Source: Conidiobolus incongruus B7586 (lineage: Eukaryota). Taken from it: a DNA stretch of 51,741 nt. The notes below the pieces were generated by a model. The model was not told the DNA's origin, did no database searches, and was given only the letters and a program-made list of their open reading frames with translations. A program made the translations under genes and the position numbers. Of this stretch, positions 1 through 14,535 are shown piece by piece; position 1 is the stretch's first letter, and each line of letters opens with the position of its first letter. The stretch is from contig JNEM01009149.1 of assembly GCA_000697335.1 (NCBI GenBank), positions 1-51,741 on the forward strand, read 5' to 3'.

Positions 1-1
1 A

Positions 2-238
2 TATCGTAAACCACCTTCCCAAAGTAATCAACAAGATCATCCTTTCATCGTCGATAAAATCCTCGGCCATAGACGCTATTATAACCAAGATCTATACCTC
101 GTCCAATGGAAAGGATACCCTCAAAATGAAGCTACTTGGGAACGCTATAATAGCGTTAAAAAGACCAATGCCTATCATGCCTACGCTGAGAAGCATTCAA
201 AGATTAGAGCGTCTCCTAATAAGGACACCTCAATCTGA
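2..238 (+). CDS. 3' end of Ty3/gypsy (chromovirus) pol ORF: integrase C-terminal chromodomain, truncated by window start
   Basis: Open frame from nt 2 to TGA 236-238 reads YRKPPSQSNQQDHPFIVDKILGHRRYYNQDLYLVQWKGYPQNEATWERYNS...; VDKIL-x-HR...YLVxWKGY...TWE is the chromodomain signature; immediately followed by PPT and LTR. Confidence 0.88.
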   Translation, partial: YRKPPSQSNQQDHPFIVDKILGHRRYYNQDLYLVQWKGYPQNEATWERYNSVKKTNAYHAYAEKHSKIRASPNKDTSI

Positions 239-472
239 GGGGAGTGTCATAGATCAGATCACTTTGTCATCATCGTGACACTGTCAATCATATCTGCTTA
301 CCTTATCTTATCTCTTTTATCTACTTGATCTTATCTTGTCTAATTTTACCTCTGAACCCTCACCAACTTTTACATATAAAAATGGGAACCATTGCCAAAT
401 AAACAAGGACTTTTTCCCACACTGTTCACATTGAAACAACTTGTATACATTGCCCTGTTATAAATGGTTACA
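237..472 (+). mobile_element. Polypurine tract and 3' LTR of the chromovirus
   Basis: PPT GAGGGGAG 237-244 abuts TGTCATA at 245; TATA-like TATAAAA ~375-381, AATAAA 398-403; end at TGTTATA 462 or GGTTACA 472 (uncertain), after which the sequence becomes very AT-rich. Confidence 0.75.
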
Positions 473-3400
473 AATTTTGAATTTTTTCTGAAATGATAAA
501 TATATTAAGACAAGTAATTTAACTTTGTAATACAAAAGACATTAATATGTAGTGATAATTATTTTCCAAAAGCATGATCTAACTTAGTTACCAGTAATAG
601 CGATAACCAGTCTTAAAATTTATATATATTTATCTATTTTATTTAAATTCAATGCATATTGAAAATTGAAAAAAAAATCATAATTATTTATTATAAACCT
701 AATACTATATCCATTATTAAATATAATATGCTTCATATTTATCAATTTGATAGATATTATACCTTCTCATCTCGTTCTATAATAACAAATATATTAATCT
801 AAGATCTTAATTTTATTTATCAATATATTGAAGGTGTTTTTCATTTATTTAAATCTGGTTAATATAATTTGGGAATCAAATAAAATTTAATATTACATAT
901 TGAATAAATCGATATTAAATGCAAGAGTAATAATTTAATATCATTTTAACCGAGGATATTGTATAACTTTGATAAACCATGATATTATACCAATTAGTAT
1001 TAATATGTGAATTCATTATAACACGATTAAATTTAAGAAAAGCTTTCTCACTAACAAAATGTTCAATTACATTCAATTAAATATATTAAAATTAAAAATC
1101 AAAAAATGAATTATAGTTTAAAATAACTATATACTATAGATAAATATGTATTTTTAATGGTAGATCAAAATATAATGACTTTCATAGATACATACTTTAA
1201 AAACAAAACAAACAAATTAAATTAAATATATATGATCATTCGGTCCTGTTAAAAGATAATTAATTTCATAAAATCATTCAAATTAATTGTGACCAATCAC
1301 AAATAAAAGATTTCAATATTAAATAAGATTTATATACGTTTAAGTTGTTTTAATAGTATTATCAACGAAAATGAATTACTATTTGAATTTGAATATAAAA
1401 ATATTTACCTTGTTAATGATAAAATTTTAATAATTAAAATTATATAAAATGAAATAAAATTTAAATTATCTAAATAAATTATTTTATACAAAATTATTCC
1501 CATAAATTTAAATTATAAACATTTATGTAGAACTTGATTAAAATAATAATTATAATATATACATTTTTAATTTTTAAATTAGAAATTCATAAGCTGTTAT
1601 TAAAATCTAATTATTGATTAATATGACTGTTATTTTAAAGATTTTCAAATCTTAACCTTTATTAAGGAAAATAGATACTATTAATTATTTTTGATTATCA
1701 TGTGAAATCAAAATCATTTGACAAGAATCATAGTAGAATCAAAATACTTTAAACATGAGATGAAATGATGAATCAGTATATTAGAAGAATTATATTCACC
1801 ATATATGAGGAATATGAATGAAATATTGGAGCTTTATCGTCTAAGTCACACACAATACAGTTTTATGTATAAAAATTGTAATTATAATTTAAAATCCAAA
1901 GTAATTCGAATTAAATTCGAAAATTTAATGTTATCAAAGTAATTATTCAATTTCATAGTATTATATTAATTATAATATTAATTATTCTAATATTTATGCA
2001 AAATCAAGTGGGCATTAAAACATGAAAGAGAGTAAAATACTATTTAATATTATCTAATTTATTCCATTCAAGTTATTATCCAGTTAGTTATTTTTTGACC
2101 TTGTTATTTTATAGTTCATTTTGATATAAAACTATTATTAAAAATTTTCAATTTTAGTTATACTCAATCATTAACAAAAAGTTTAATATACTTTTAAAAT
2201 TCATGGCTTTAAATAATATAAATTTTTAAAAATAGACTCTAATTTATTCAGATATTATGCCATAATCACTATAAAGAAATATTCGTAAGCATATTAAAAA
2301 GCATTTTTATCCCTAAATGGGAAAATAATCAAATTACTAATATGTGAATAATATTAAGTCAATCAGTTGATTTTTTAATTTCAAATCAGACCCAATTAGA
2401 GAATATTGAAATATTAGTGTTTATTTAGCCCATTAATTTAATAAAAATATTAAAATTGATAGTAATATATAGTAAAATGTGATTAAGTACTTTATATTCT
2501 TTAATATTGTTATATTAAAATTGTGAATAATATGCCCAATTATGTTTAAATTTAATAAACTAATTTATAATCACAAAAATACCTTTTAAATCTATTTAAC
2601 TAATACTTATATTTAAAATATAGTAAAATAATAAATATATTTTTAAAAATTGAAATCATTTTGTTTTTAAAATTAATAACATCTAATTCTAGAATCAGTG
2701 TAATTATTACCTATTTATGATATTATATTGAAAATAAATAGTACTGATTTAGTTCATTTAAATCAATTACAATTAAGTTTCGAATATCAAATTTCTAAAG
2801 AATATTCAAGAGTGGTACTGGGTTACATCATTAATATTCACTACTAAATATTTTAGTAAAAAAGTTAATAAATTACCAATTAAAATTACATAATCCGAAA
2901 TATTACTTAAAATTAATAATTAATTCATATATTAAAATTAAAATAATAAATTTTAATAAAATTTTTTATAAATTTATTTTAATTTAAAATATTTGAAAAA
3001 ATTATTTATGGATAATTCTAGAAATTGAGAAAATTTCGGGGAAATTGTTGTAATTGGTTTACCCTTACTGAGTTATATAACTTCCGAATTGTTTGCTTGC
3101 AAGGTATCCATCGGAACTTCATTGGAGTTTAGGGTAAGATAGGGAGCAAGTGGAGATTTAGTAACAAAAATACTTTGCACAAAATTGAAAGTTATCTTGA
3201 TTGTATGGAATTCTTTAGAAAAAGTATATTTTTTAAATTTTTCTTCAAATTCTCACTTTAGAATTTTCATTTAAATTTTTTTAAATAAAATTGTTTTAAA
3301 TAATTAATATATAATTTACAATATCTCAATTAATAAATAATATATTCTATTATAAAAATGTATTCCTGATTAGCTAATAAATAGATTTTTTAGGCTTTTA

Positions 3401-3574
3401 ATAAAATAAATATAACTTTATTTGCCAATAAATTAAATGGATGTTTCAAAAATAGAGAAATTTAAATAGTAAAATAAGATTATTTATTATAATTATAATT
3501 AAATTGATTAGTTAATATGGTCATAGTAATGATGTGTCAGTAATATTATAAGTGAATGAGTTAATAGGATGATA

Positions 3575-5215
3575 CTATTCTGAAAATCCTGTTTCTTCAT
3601 CGCATTCTAGTCCGTATTGATAAGCTGCCAACTTTCTTTCGTCTAAAATTTGGCTAAGGTAATATATTTTGCTCTTGCCAATAGTCGATTTATCCAAAGA
3701 ATATTTGATAATTTTTTGCCAATCTTGTGTAGATAATTTGCGATGATTATCAAATTGCTTGACGATTTGGAACAATATTTCTTCAGGGAAAACTGGTTCA
3801 GAATTGGATGATTTGGTCAAAAAGAAAATTCTCATATAGTATAACACAGTTAATACTGCTCTGATTGTGAAATGATCTTGGGTAAAGTTCTTGGTGAACT
3901 GTTTACAGATCGCAGAATAAACTTGTTCCCATTGATTAAAGTTATAGTCTAGCGCAAGAGATTTCAAGCTTGTATTTTGTTCAATTACTTCTACCAGAAT
4001 ATCTTGATTTGAGGGAGACAACGGGTGAGTTAGTGATTTAATATTTAGACTTTGTAGAATTGGATGATTTCTGACTCCATTAATTAGTCGAGTAAAGCCC
4101 TCATTACCTATCATATTCTCTTCGACATTCAATGTGAATAAAGAGACGTTCTTGGATAATCCGATCGCAAGAGACCAAATACCTTCACTTTGGAGTCTGT
4201 TTTTAGAGACATCTAGACCACGAATTGTCCTGTTTACTCTCAGCATTGCGCCCAGTGATCTTCCTGATTCAATACCTAATCCACAATGATGTAGTTTGAC
4301 GTATTTGATATGGCGGTTCATTTTCAACATGGCGCAAATAGAGTCCAGTCCTTCATTTCTAATAACATTATAAGATAAATCAAGATGAGTTACCCCATTG
4401 TTGTGTTCTAGGCAGCTAGCTAAACGTAAACATGCTTGTTCATTCAGACTATTTTGAACAAGATTAAGATGTGTCAAGGTTTGGTTAAATATTAAACTAG
4501 TACTAAGTCTATCGATTCCCGTTCCACCCATTCGATTGATACTGATATCAAGCTGAGTCAAATATCTATTAGAATTTAAATATTTCTGAAGTTGATCGCC
4601 TAATTCTCTACCCAGTTGATTTCCTGTTAAATTCAAACTAGTAATTTTTCTGGAGTTAAGAACCTTGAATAGATATAGGAGACCCTTGGTTGTAAATTGG
4701 TTATATGATAGATCGAGAGACTTGAGGTTAGAAAATTTATAAAGTGATTGGGATAATTGGACAAGTTGAGTATCATTAATATTTGTTCGAGAAAATCTGA
4801 TACTTGTGATTTTATGAGATTGGGATAGGTTATTGAATATCAACTTGATTGAGTCCTTTGAAAATGTGCATCGATTAAGATCCAACTTCTCAATACCAAA
4901 GATGGTTTCTGAAATCAAGTAGTTGAGCATTTTGGCAATCTTAGAGTTGATATAACCCTTGTATGAGATAACTTTGACAGGGGCAAAGGTTTTAAGTTGT
5001 CTAAGATGGGATGATAAGTTAGAGAGATCTTCAATAGTAATAGCATCAAGATCTCCAGATTTTAAAAGGTCGAATATTGTGTAGTTTCTGAGATAAATGG
5101 CCATTACTTTTTCTCCAGTTGGAGGAGGAGGTATCATAGTCATAGTAGCCTTAGGATCAAGGAAACTTAATGCATTTATTTGGAATTCAGATAAAACAGA
5201 TTTGGTTGCAACCAT
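3575..5215 (-). CDS. Intronless RNI-like leucine-rich-repeat protein (546 aa)
   Basis: About ten ~28-residue repeats of the LxxLxLxxNxIxxxGxxxLxxxL type (e.g. LTQLDISINRMGGTGIDRLSTSL, VTHLDLSYNVIRNEGLDSICAML); long uninterrupted ORF. Confidence 0.9.
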   Translation of the reverse strand: MVATKSVLSEFQINALSFLDPKATMTMIPPPPTGEKVMAIYLRNYTIFDLLKSGDLDAITIEDLSNLSSHLRQLKTFAPVKVISYKGYINSKIAKMLNYLISETIFGIEKLDLNRCTFSKDSIKLIFNNLSQSHKITSIRFSRTNINDTQLVQLSQSLYKFSNLKSLDLSYNQFTTKGLLYLFKVLNSRKITSLNLTGNQLGRELGDQLQKYLNSNRYLTQLDISINRMGGTGIDRLSTSLIFNQTLTHLNLVQNSLNEQACLRLASCLEHNNGVTHLDLSYNVIRNEGLDSICAMLKMNRHIKYVKLHHCGLGIESGRSLGAMLRVNRTIRGLDVSKNRLQSEGIWSLAIGLSKNVSLFTLNVEENMIGNEGFTRLINGVRNHPILQSLNIKSLTHPLSPSNQDILVEVIEQNTSLKSLALDYNFNQWEQVYSAICKQFTKNFTQDHFTIRAVLTVLYYMRIFFLTKSSNSEPVFPEEILFQIVKQFDNHRKLSTQDWQKIIKYSLDKSTIGKSKIYYLSQILDERKLAAYQYGLECDEETGFSE

Positions 5216-5360
5216 GATTTGATGTGAGCAATATGGAATTAAGGAGCGAATAGAGAATACTAATAATCAAAGTTGAGAACACAATTAAAATAATCCACAC
5301 TAAAGGGTAATTTAGTTTAATCGAAATTCTTCAATTCAAATTGTTCAGGGAATTAGGGGG

Positions 5361-5368
5361 TATTTATA
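5361..5368 (-). promoter_or_regulatory. Candidate TATA box of LRR gene
   Basis: TATAAATA on minus strand ~146 nt upstream of the ATG, followed by CCCC; weak in such an AT-rich background. Confidence 0.3.
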
Positions 5369-8300
5369 CTTAAGATGGACAAACTTGCATAATGCCAGTA
5401 ATCCACTTTGAATAATCAAGTGATTTCATCATTTTCCCTTCCTAAAATTCTAATTTAATGTATATATGAGAGACGAATAGGAATTAGTGTAATCAACAGG
5501 TTTCAAATATCTATTAATTATTCTTGTTCTTGCATTTAGCCTATTTGGGCAACTCTAAAGAATGTAAAGTTGGTTGATTCGTAGAAATAGTCAATTTATT
5601 GTCTTTTATAGTCTATTCTTCGCATTGACTATATGCTAAGATTTGAAAATGATCGAATATGATGTCACCAGATCATTATTGTAAATTGAATTAGTAAGAA
5701 ACTATATTAAAATATATAAAAAACATACTTGGTTTTTGTTAAAATTTTAATATAAAAATTAACTAAATTCGCCCTATTCATTAAACTGCGTAAATATTTA
5801 TAAAAGTTTTATAAGATGAAAGAATTACTAAATGGTTAAATAAAATCCCCACAAGTCTAATCGAACCAACTAATTTTAATGCAAGAATTTTCATTTTATT
5901 GAAATTTAATCAATGGAAATGTTGTACTAAAAATCATAATCTTTTATGGTATAACTTTGAAGTATATTTTATAACTAAGGCTACGCTAAATGTTTGTTAA
6001 TATATCCTATTATAGAATTTTACTGTAGCTAGTAATAATAGTATCTCAATCACCAAATATATGATATTTCCATTTGAGCAAAATTTTGTAATAATTTTGA
6101 TCAATTAAAACAATTAGTAATCAAATACTCCCTCTGATTAGTAGTAATACATGATTGATCTTATGCTAAAAAGGATTGTCAGAAGCAATAGATTGATATT
6201 TATATCCACAGCACATGTTAAAGTTAATAAACATATATAAAAGTATTAGTAAGTAAATCTTTAGAAATATAGAAATTGGCACGATTTATTGAATCCCCTA
6301 GATAGAGCCTAAATTGGATTAGATATGTTCATTATTGAATTCTTATTACTTTAACTCAACATATTTCAATATTGAAACAGTTGAAGATTTCATAGAAAAT
6401 GCAATATTAGAGTCAAAGATATTTTTATCATTATATGTTCTCTGTATTATGTAATATTTCATTTAGAACCTTTCAATTCTTATTAGAAACATATGAATGT
6501 TAAAAAGTTAACAAATAATTTTGTCAAACCTCGAATTATAAATTTCGGAAACAAAATTAAATTAAAATTTTTAATCAAATACTCATTAAAAAGGGATATA
6601 AAAAAGAACAATTGATCAAAATTTAACATACTCATTTTAATCAATGTTATAATTTAAAGGAGCATTCACAACAAACTAAATAACCATTAACAATTACTCT
6701 GATATCTAATAGGTCATAAAAAGCTCAACGTTTATGGGTAAATTTTCGGATTTAGTAAAATATCGATTTAAATTCTAAATTTAGAAATTTTTTTCATGTA
6801 ATCATTCATCCTAAAATTGTATAACTCTCGATTATAACGTAAGATTTAATCCACAAAGTAGAGGTATTTGTTAATATTATATTGAATTAATAGTTCCGTT
6901 GTTATATTAGGTAATAGGCGTAAAATAGTCAAATAATCATAATTATGTATATTTAACTATATTAAAGGTTAGCATTTACACTATTTCTTTAATTTTAATA
7001 ACTTGATCGTTAATGATAAGGAAAATAATATCATACTTAAATCCTTAATAAAAAGGATGGGAATATTTGCTACGTTATAATTCATTACGAATTTAATTTA
7101 TATTAGTGATATTTTGAACTATTCTTAAAGAATATTTTACTTAGCGTATAATTTATTAATTATTTCATATTTATTTAATAGTTTGTAATTATACCTCAAA
7201 AACATTGATATAATTTTATATCAGTGAATAACACTGTTTATATTGCTATTTGATCATTATAATATAATATTATAATATGAAAAGTTAAACTATATTTGTT
7301 GTGATGTATATTTGAAAGAATATTTATATCATATCATATTCTTAAATCTGATCAGAATTATTATTCTTTATCTGATTATTTTGTGGTTAATAATAAAATT
7401 TTGATCAATGAAAATGGGAGAATATCAAATATATCACACACCTTCGGTATATAGTTCATTAGTGTGTGATAATATAGATGATACTCCCTTGTAATTGATA
7501 TATCAGCCATATAACCCACTCAAAATATGATATTTTTTGTGCTTTAAATCATTTCTATTTTCCACATATTTCATAACCATAAGGTACCCAATAACTAAAC
7601 AATTATCCTTGCTCTATCCAAATTCTTGGAAATGTGACAATTGTTAAAATGGGATCATCTTCTCATGATAATTGGATTTTATTGGTTAAAATTTTCAACA
7701 AAATTCTTTTTAAACTATTAAATCCAAATCTTTGGTTATTCTCTATTATATACTTTAAATTTTTATGTTTTTTCATTTTCAGTTTGAATAATCAATATGA
7801 ATTTAAACGTCTAGTTATATATTATTAATTGTTGCATATTTTACTAATAGAATAATTTAACTATATTTTTATCTTATATTTATATAATATCTATATCATT
7901 TTTCAACATTTTTCATTTTTAATAAATTACAAATGAAATAAACAATAAAGTATTTGATAAAAAATAATACTAAAATAAAACGGTAGATTTAGATTCAAAT
8001 ATTTATCCAAATTTTTAAATTTTTTCCCATTTATTTTCCGCTTTAGGAACCATTACTTATTAATAAGTTTGTTAAAAATTTCAATTATCCAGTTATCAGG
8101 GTAAAACGTTTTAATAAAAAATTATTTTAAAGGTTTAAATGAATAATTTTTAACTCAACATTCTCAAAAATTGAATAAAAATATAATTATTTAGAGATAA
8201 TTAATTCAAATTATATTGGTCCCAAAATTTGATTTATCAGATTGCTTACATTAAGAAATGATATATAATGTTCAATATGAAACTTAATTTTTTAAATTAA

Positions 8301-8606
8301 TTATGAATAATTATCAATATATTAAATATTGCATATTATATTAATTTAATCTTAAAATTATTATAAGAAATTTAAGAATACAAGATTTAAATAATAAAAA
8401 AACTATAATTTATTACTTTATTTAATAGCAAGTATTAGGTTTCAGCTTGAGTGAAATATATGATAAATATGACTATAGATATATATGTATATATTACAAA
8501 GTCACCATTCTGATATAATGATGAATTTATAGTTAATTTTATTCAATATTCCAATACCCACAGTAATATATTATTTCAATCATAAGGACTTTGGGATAAA
8601 TGTAAA

Positions 8607-8610
<4 letters not shown>

Positions 8611-8640
<30 letters not shown>
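8611..8640. repeat. (ATA)10 microsatellite
   Basis: Direct read. Confidence 0.95.
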
Positions 8641-10119
8641 TATCATAACATTAAAAATATAAATTTCATTTATTTAATGTAATATATAATATTGAGTTAA
8701 TATCAAATGACAATTCATTGTAAAAGTTAAAAGAATATTATATATTAATTATATTAACATATATTAATTATTTTATTAATTTTATATTAGTTTAATTATT
8801 TTAATTGGGTAAGTGATATTTTGTGGAAAGTAATTTGAAATTAATAACAATCTTATTGTTTTGATAAACAATATTAATAATAATGATATTCAGGAGTGTA
8901 TATAGAATATTGATTAATATAATTTAATAAGTGATTTTCATTTTTTAACGTCAAAGGATCTTTTAATTCAAACATAGTTGTTTCTAAAATAGAATCAAAA
9001 ACCTTCCAATTTTATAACATAATGTATCATTACTAATATGTAACTAAAAAAAATGATAAATCATTTTATAATATTGAATTAGGAATTTATACTATTATAT
9101 TATAATTCTCTATGATACAAAATGACTAAGTTATAGATTGATATTAAATTATTTTAATATCATAAATGAACACCCAAAAATCTGTAAAAAACTTTATTTT
9201 GTGACTGAATATATACAAAATAAAAATAATAATTTCATTTCCTTTATAATTTTTAATGATAAATAATCATTTTATATGTATATTAAAATTTATAATCACT
9301 TGCAAATAATTTTTAAATACTGTTAGAAACAAAACAAACTGGAATTATTTGCCGTTATAATTCGTTATCGAATCGATTGTTTTTTATATTTGAATAAGAA
9401 TAGACATTTATAATAATATATTTTTTATTAAAGCTGATTATTACATTCGATAATATAAAAATGGTCATTTTAATAATGTCAATAAATTCATTGTAAATCA
9501 TTGTTAAATATTTAATAAGATTTGTTTAGTAAAAAAGTGTTTTCTGCTTTCATTGTCTTAAATATTTTCAAATAACTCATATTTTATATCAGTTTGATTT
9601 GAGATATCATTTTCAAACACTGGTATCTTCTCTCGAATTAAACTGTATTTTGAAAAATACAATAGATTAATCCATAAAAAATTTGAAATACTATTATTCA
9701 GATAATAGCATATATACAAGTAAATTACTAGATAATGATATGTTTGATTTATAAATTCAAAATGATGATGAAATTAACGCATAGGTGTTTTATGTTTGAT
9801 ATTTTGGAATATCAATAATCATGTAAAATTTCATTTGATTGATTTTGACCTAAAACTATATTATCAATTATTCTAGAAATAATTATTTTACATGTTACGT
9901 CACAAACATATACATAAAAATTGATAAGTTTGAATAATAAATAGTGATTAATAAATTCAGTATTTTTATATTAATATAGAATGGTTGTATAATAATATGA
10001 AAATATCAATTAATATTCAAACCATAATAAAAACTAATAATAAGGTAAAATGTTAGAATGTCTATTAAAATAAATATAAAATAACTGTAAGTATACAAAT
10101 TTAAATTATCCTGAACTGA

Positions 10120-11409
<1,290 letters not shown>

Positions 11410-12093
11410 ATTAGTTATAAATTTTCAGTTTATAAATTGTAATAAAAATTAGAAATCGTGTTGAAATTGTTGGTTAAAATAAATTATTAATAAAAAATAT
11501 TGGTCATTTAATTTAATAATTCAGTTGATATAAAAATTTTAACAGTTAAATTTCAATATCATTCAGCGATATTTATAGTTATCATACTTATCAAAAATTA
11601 TGGGATTTAATTCTTTCATTTTATCTGTTAACCTGACGAATTTAAGAGACGAGTTTGATAAATATGTTATTAATTACTAAAAAATGATAATACTCTTTTC
11701 AATATCGAAATTAGAAGTATTCTTCTTCAATATCTGACTTGATATATTTATATATTATTTTTATCACTTGTTATTATCAATTAAATGATTTAATTTTATT
11801 GTCATTTAAAAAAAATTTTAAATTGCTCATCAAAAAGTTATCGTATTAATTATATGCAATAATTATTATTTTCAATATATTATCACAATATCTTATCTTT
11901 TTTGGTTGATCTCTTATAATTAAATGTTATTTTGATAAAATGATTATATTAAATTGCAACAAAATAAAAATTTCCCTAATCAACTCTCCAATTATAAAAA
12001 AATCCCATATAAATTCAATTAACAAGTCATAATCATAAAAACTATCCATTCAACTCAATTATATTCACCACAATAATAATATGAATAAAAACA

Positions 12094-14535
12094 ATGGAAC
12101 ATATATTAGACGATGATAAATTTTCAACAGTTGAATTTATTAATCAATTATTACCTAATCCAAGTTCACTTTCTAATTCTAATGGTCAAATTATTCAGAA
12201 GATTTTAGCCAATTTAAAATATCAGATTGATAATGTAGATTTAGAACTTCAAGCTTTAGTTAGAAACCAAATCCAGATGAATGTCCCACGTTACGATGTG
12301 AGTAATTTAGCTCCAAATTTAGCAGATTTGGTTGATAGGGTGGGTCAAGTACAGAAGCAAGCTATTCAAAGTGAATCTACGGTTGGTGAGATTTCGAAAG
12401 ATATAAGAGCATTGGACTACGCTAAAAGGAATTTGACTACATGTATCACATTTTCAAGACGACTTCAAATGGTGACGACTGCTGTGGAACAGCTGAAACA
12501 CCACGCCGCTAACAAACAGTACCGCGAGGCGGGCCAGATGATGCAGGCTGTCGAGCAGTTATTCAGTCATTTTGCTGCTTTTAATAAGCTTAAAGTTATT
12601 AAAGAGTTGGAGAAAACTATTAAAACTCTCAAGGAGTCACTTATCAAAGAGATTATATCTCAATTTCAATCAAGTTTTAATGGACTGGGCAAGTTAGCAT
12701 ACCCTTCAGAACCTTTGACAGAGGCCAATTCTATTTTGGATCTTATTGATACTAACGCTCGACGCAATTTAATTGTGTGGTACACTGATCTCCAATTACA
12801 AGATTACTTGAGCGTATTCAGAGGTGATGACGAAGTAGGCGCTTTAGATAATACATCCAGGAGATTTGCTTGGCTTAAGCGCTGGTTGCAGATGTTCGAT
12901 GCTGAGCATCAGTCCATATTCCCTGAGGAATGGCATGTGGATTACGCGCTCGCGAAAAAGTTTTGCGAAATTACACATCAAGACTTGACTACAGTTTTGG
13001 AAAAGACAGCGAGTCAGAATGTTAATATGGTAATTCAATCAATGCAGTTGACTGTTGCTTTCGAACACCAGTTGGATAAGAGATATTCCCACTTGCTTCA
13101 GAGTAAGAGCGACAGTTTTGTCAATACGATTTCACACTGTTTTATACCATACTTAAAACTATATTTGAAGAAAGAAGATGGTACATTAAAGGAGATGATC
13201 GATCAATACAAAACACAACCATTGGTCGCTGATCAAGAGTCATCCATTCCAGTATTAGGATCTAGTACTCAATTATTTTTATTCTATTCCGAAACTCTTA
13301 CAACCTTGTCCAAAGCTACGACACACCAACCACTTCTGGAATTGGCACAGTTGCTTGCTAAATGGTTGCAGATCTATTGCGACTCCATCCTGCTTAACAA
13401 ATTACCTAATGTTGAAGCTAATAACTACAACTTGACTAATATGGATTCTGATATCAAGTCAATCTGCCTCATACTGAACACGAGTCAATACTGTCTAGAG
13501 ACTTTAAAATCATTCCTTCAGCGCTTGGACCAGTTAATCCACCCCAGTCTGAAAGGCCAACTCGAATTCAAACAACAAGAAAATTCGTTCGAACGCGTCA
13601 CACAACAAGCCATCATCAAATTAATGAAGCTCACGGACAAGTCCGTCGAACCTATCTTCGCCACTATACTCCAGCAGAATTGGGACAAACCTCAAACTGA
13701 CATTCCTATCATTCAAGATTTGAAATTAGAATTAATTAAAACTGTAGAGATTGTCAAACAATCCATCTATCGCGACAAATATTTGCACCAATATCTCACT
13801 GATTACCCTGAGTAAGTTTTCAAGTATAATACATTTAATTTTAATCTAAAATTGCATTTTTAGATATTTATTCAACAGATATTTGGAGACATGCTTCAAA
13901 ATTAAAAGAATTATCACAGTAAATGTCCCTATTTTTAAGAAATTTGGTGAAGATTTGAAGCAGCATTATTTGGACTTTATCGAGGAGATGAATATCTTTA
14001 AAGATATTGAATTGTAATTCTATGTTAAAATACATTCTTTTTAATACTAATATATATGAATTTTAGATTCCGATATAAAGTAGAAGATCACTATACCAAA
14101 GAATGGGAATCATTCTACAAACTATTAGAAATTGACATCCCAGAAAATCTCAATCCTGATTCCGAAGAAACTTCCCAACTGGTCCAAGAGTGGCTCGACA
14201 CCTTCCTCCTATGGACGCCGGACGGATCCATTAGCAAATTAATCAAATTCATGCAGATCAAAGGCATAGCCAAATCGGATCAAGCTCCATTCCGTGAACA
14301 GTTGGCCCATCGAGTCCCTTCCAAATCCAGCAGTCTGTCCATTGCTATCGCTGCACCGACTGGTGACTCCAACAGGGACTTGAACGGCACTGGACCTCCA
14401 AAATTAATATCACCACTCTCGGGAACTTCTTTATCTCAATCCAAACTCAACCAAAATTTTTCCAATTTTTTCAAAGGAATGAACTTACTCAGGGATCATT
14501 CTAGTCAAACCTCTAACCAAAGTGATAAAAGTTAA
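12094..14535 (+). CDS. VPS53: GARP complex subunit Vps53, 3 exons: 12094-13811, 13864-14013, 14067-14535 (778 aa)
   Basis: Vps53_N motifs: FINQLLPNPSSL, VGEISKDIRALDYAKRNLT, GALDNTSRRFAWLKRWL, IFPEEWHV, ILNTSQYC; GT-AG introns of 52 and 53 nt (second has TACTAAT branch site) join the 573-aa and 159-aa ORFs in frame. Confidence 0.93.

Noticed and set aside
3075..3125. SECIS-like ATGAA stem-loop on minus strand downstream of LRR gene
   Set aside because: No matching GA quartet on the 3' side and the LRR ORF has no in-frame UGA
3046..3180. Assignment of the structured island to U11/U12/U4atac, SRP or telomerase RNA
   Set aside because: Only fragmentary motif resemblance; key conserved sequences and Sm-site position do not fit
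7634..7828. Short I/F/L/N/K-rich ORFs (also 17926-18132, 28375-28605, 32070-32267, 47065-47250)
   Set aside because: Composition expected from random AT-rich DNA; several have non-ATG starts; no motifs
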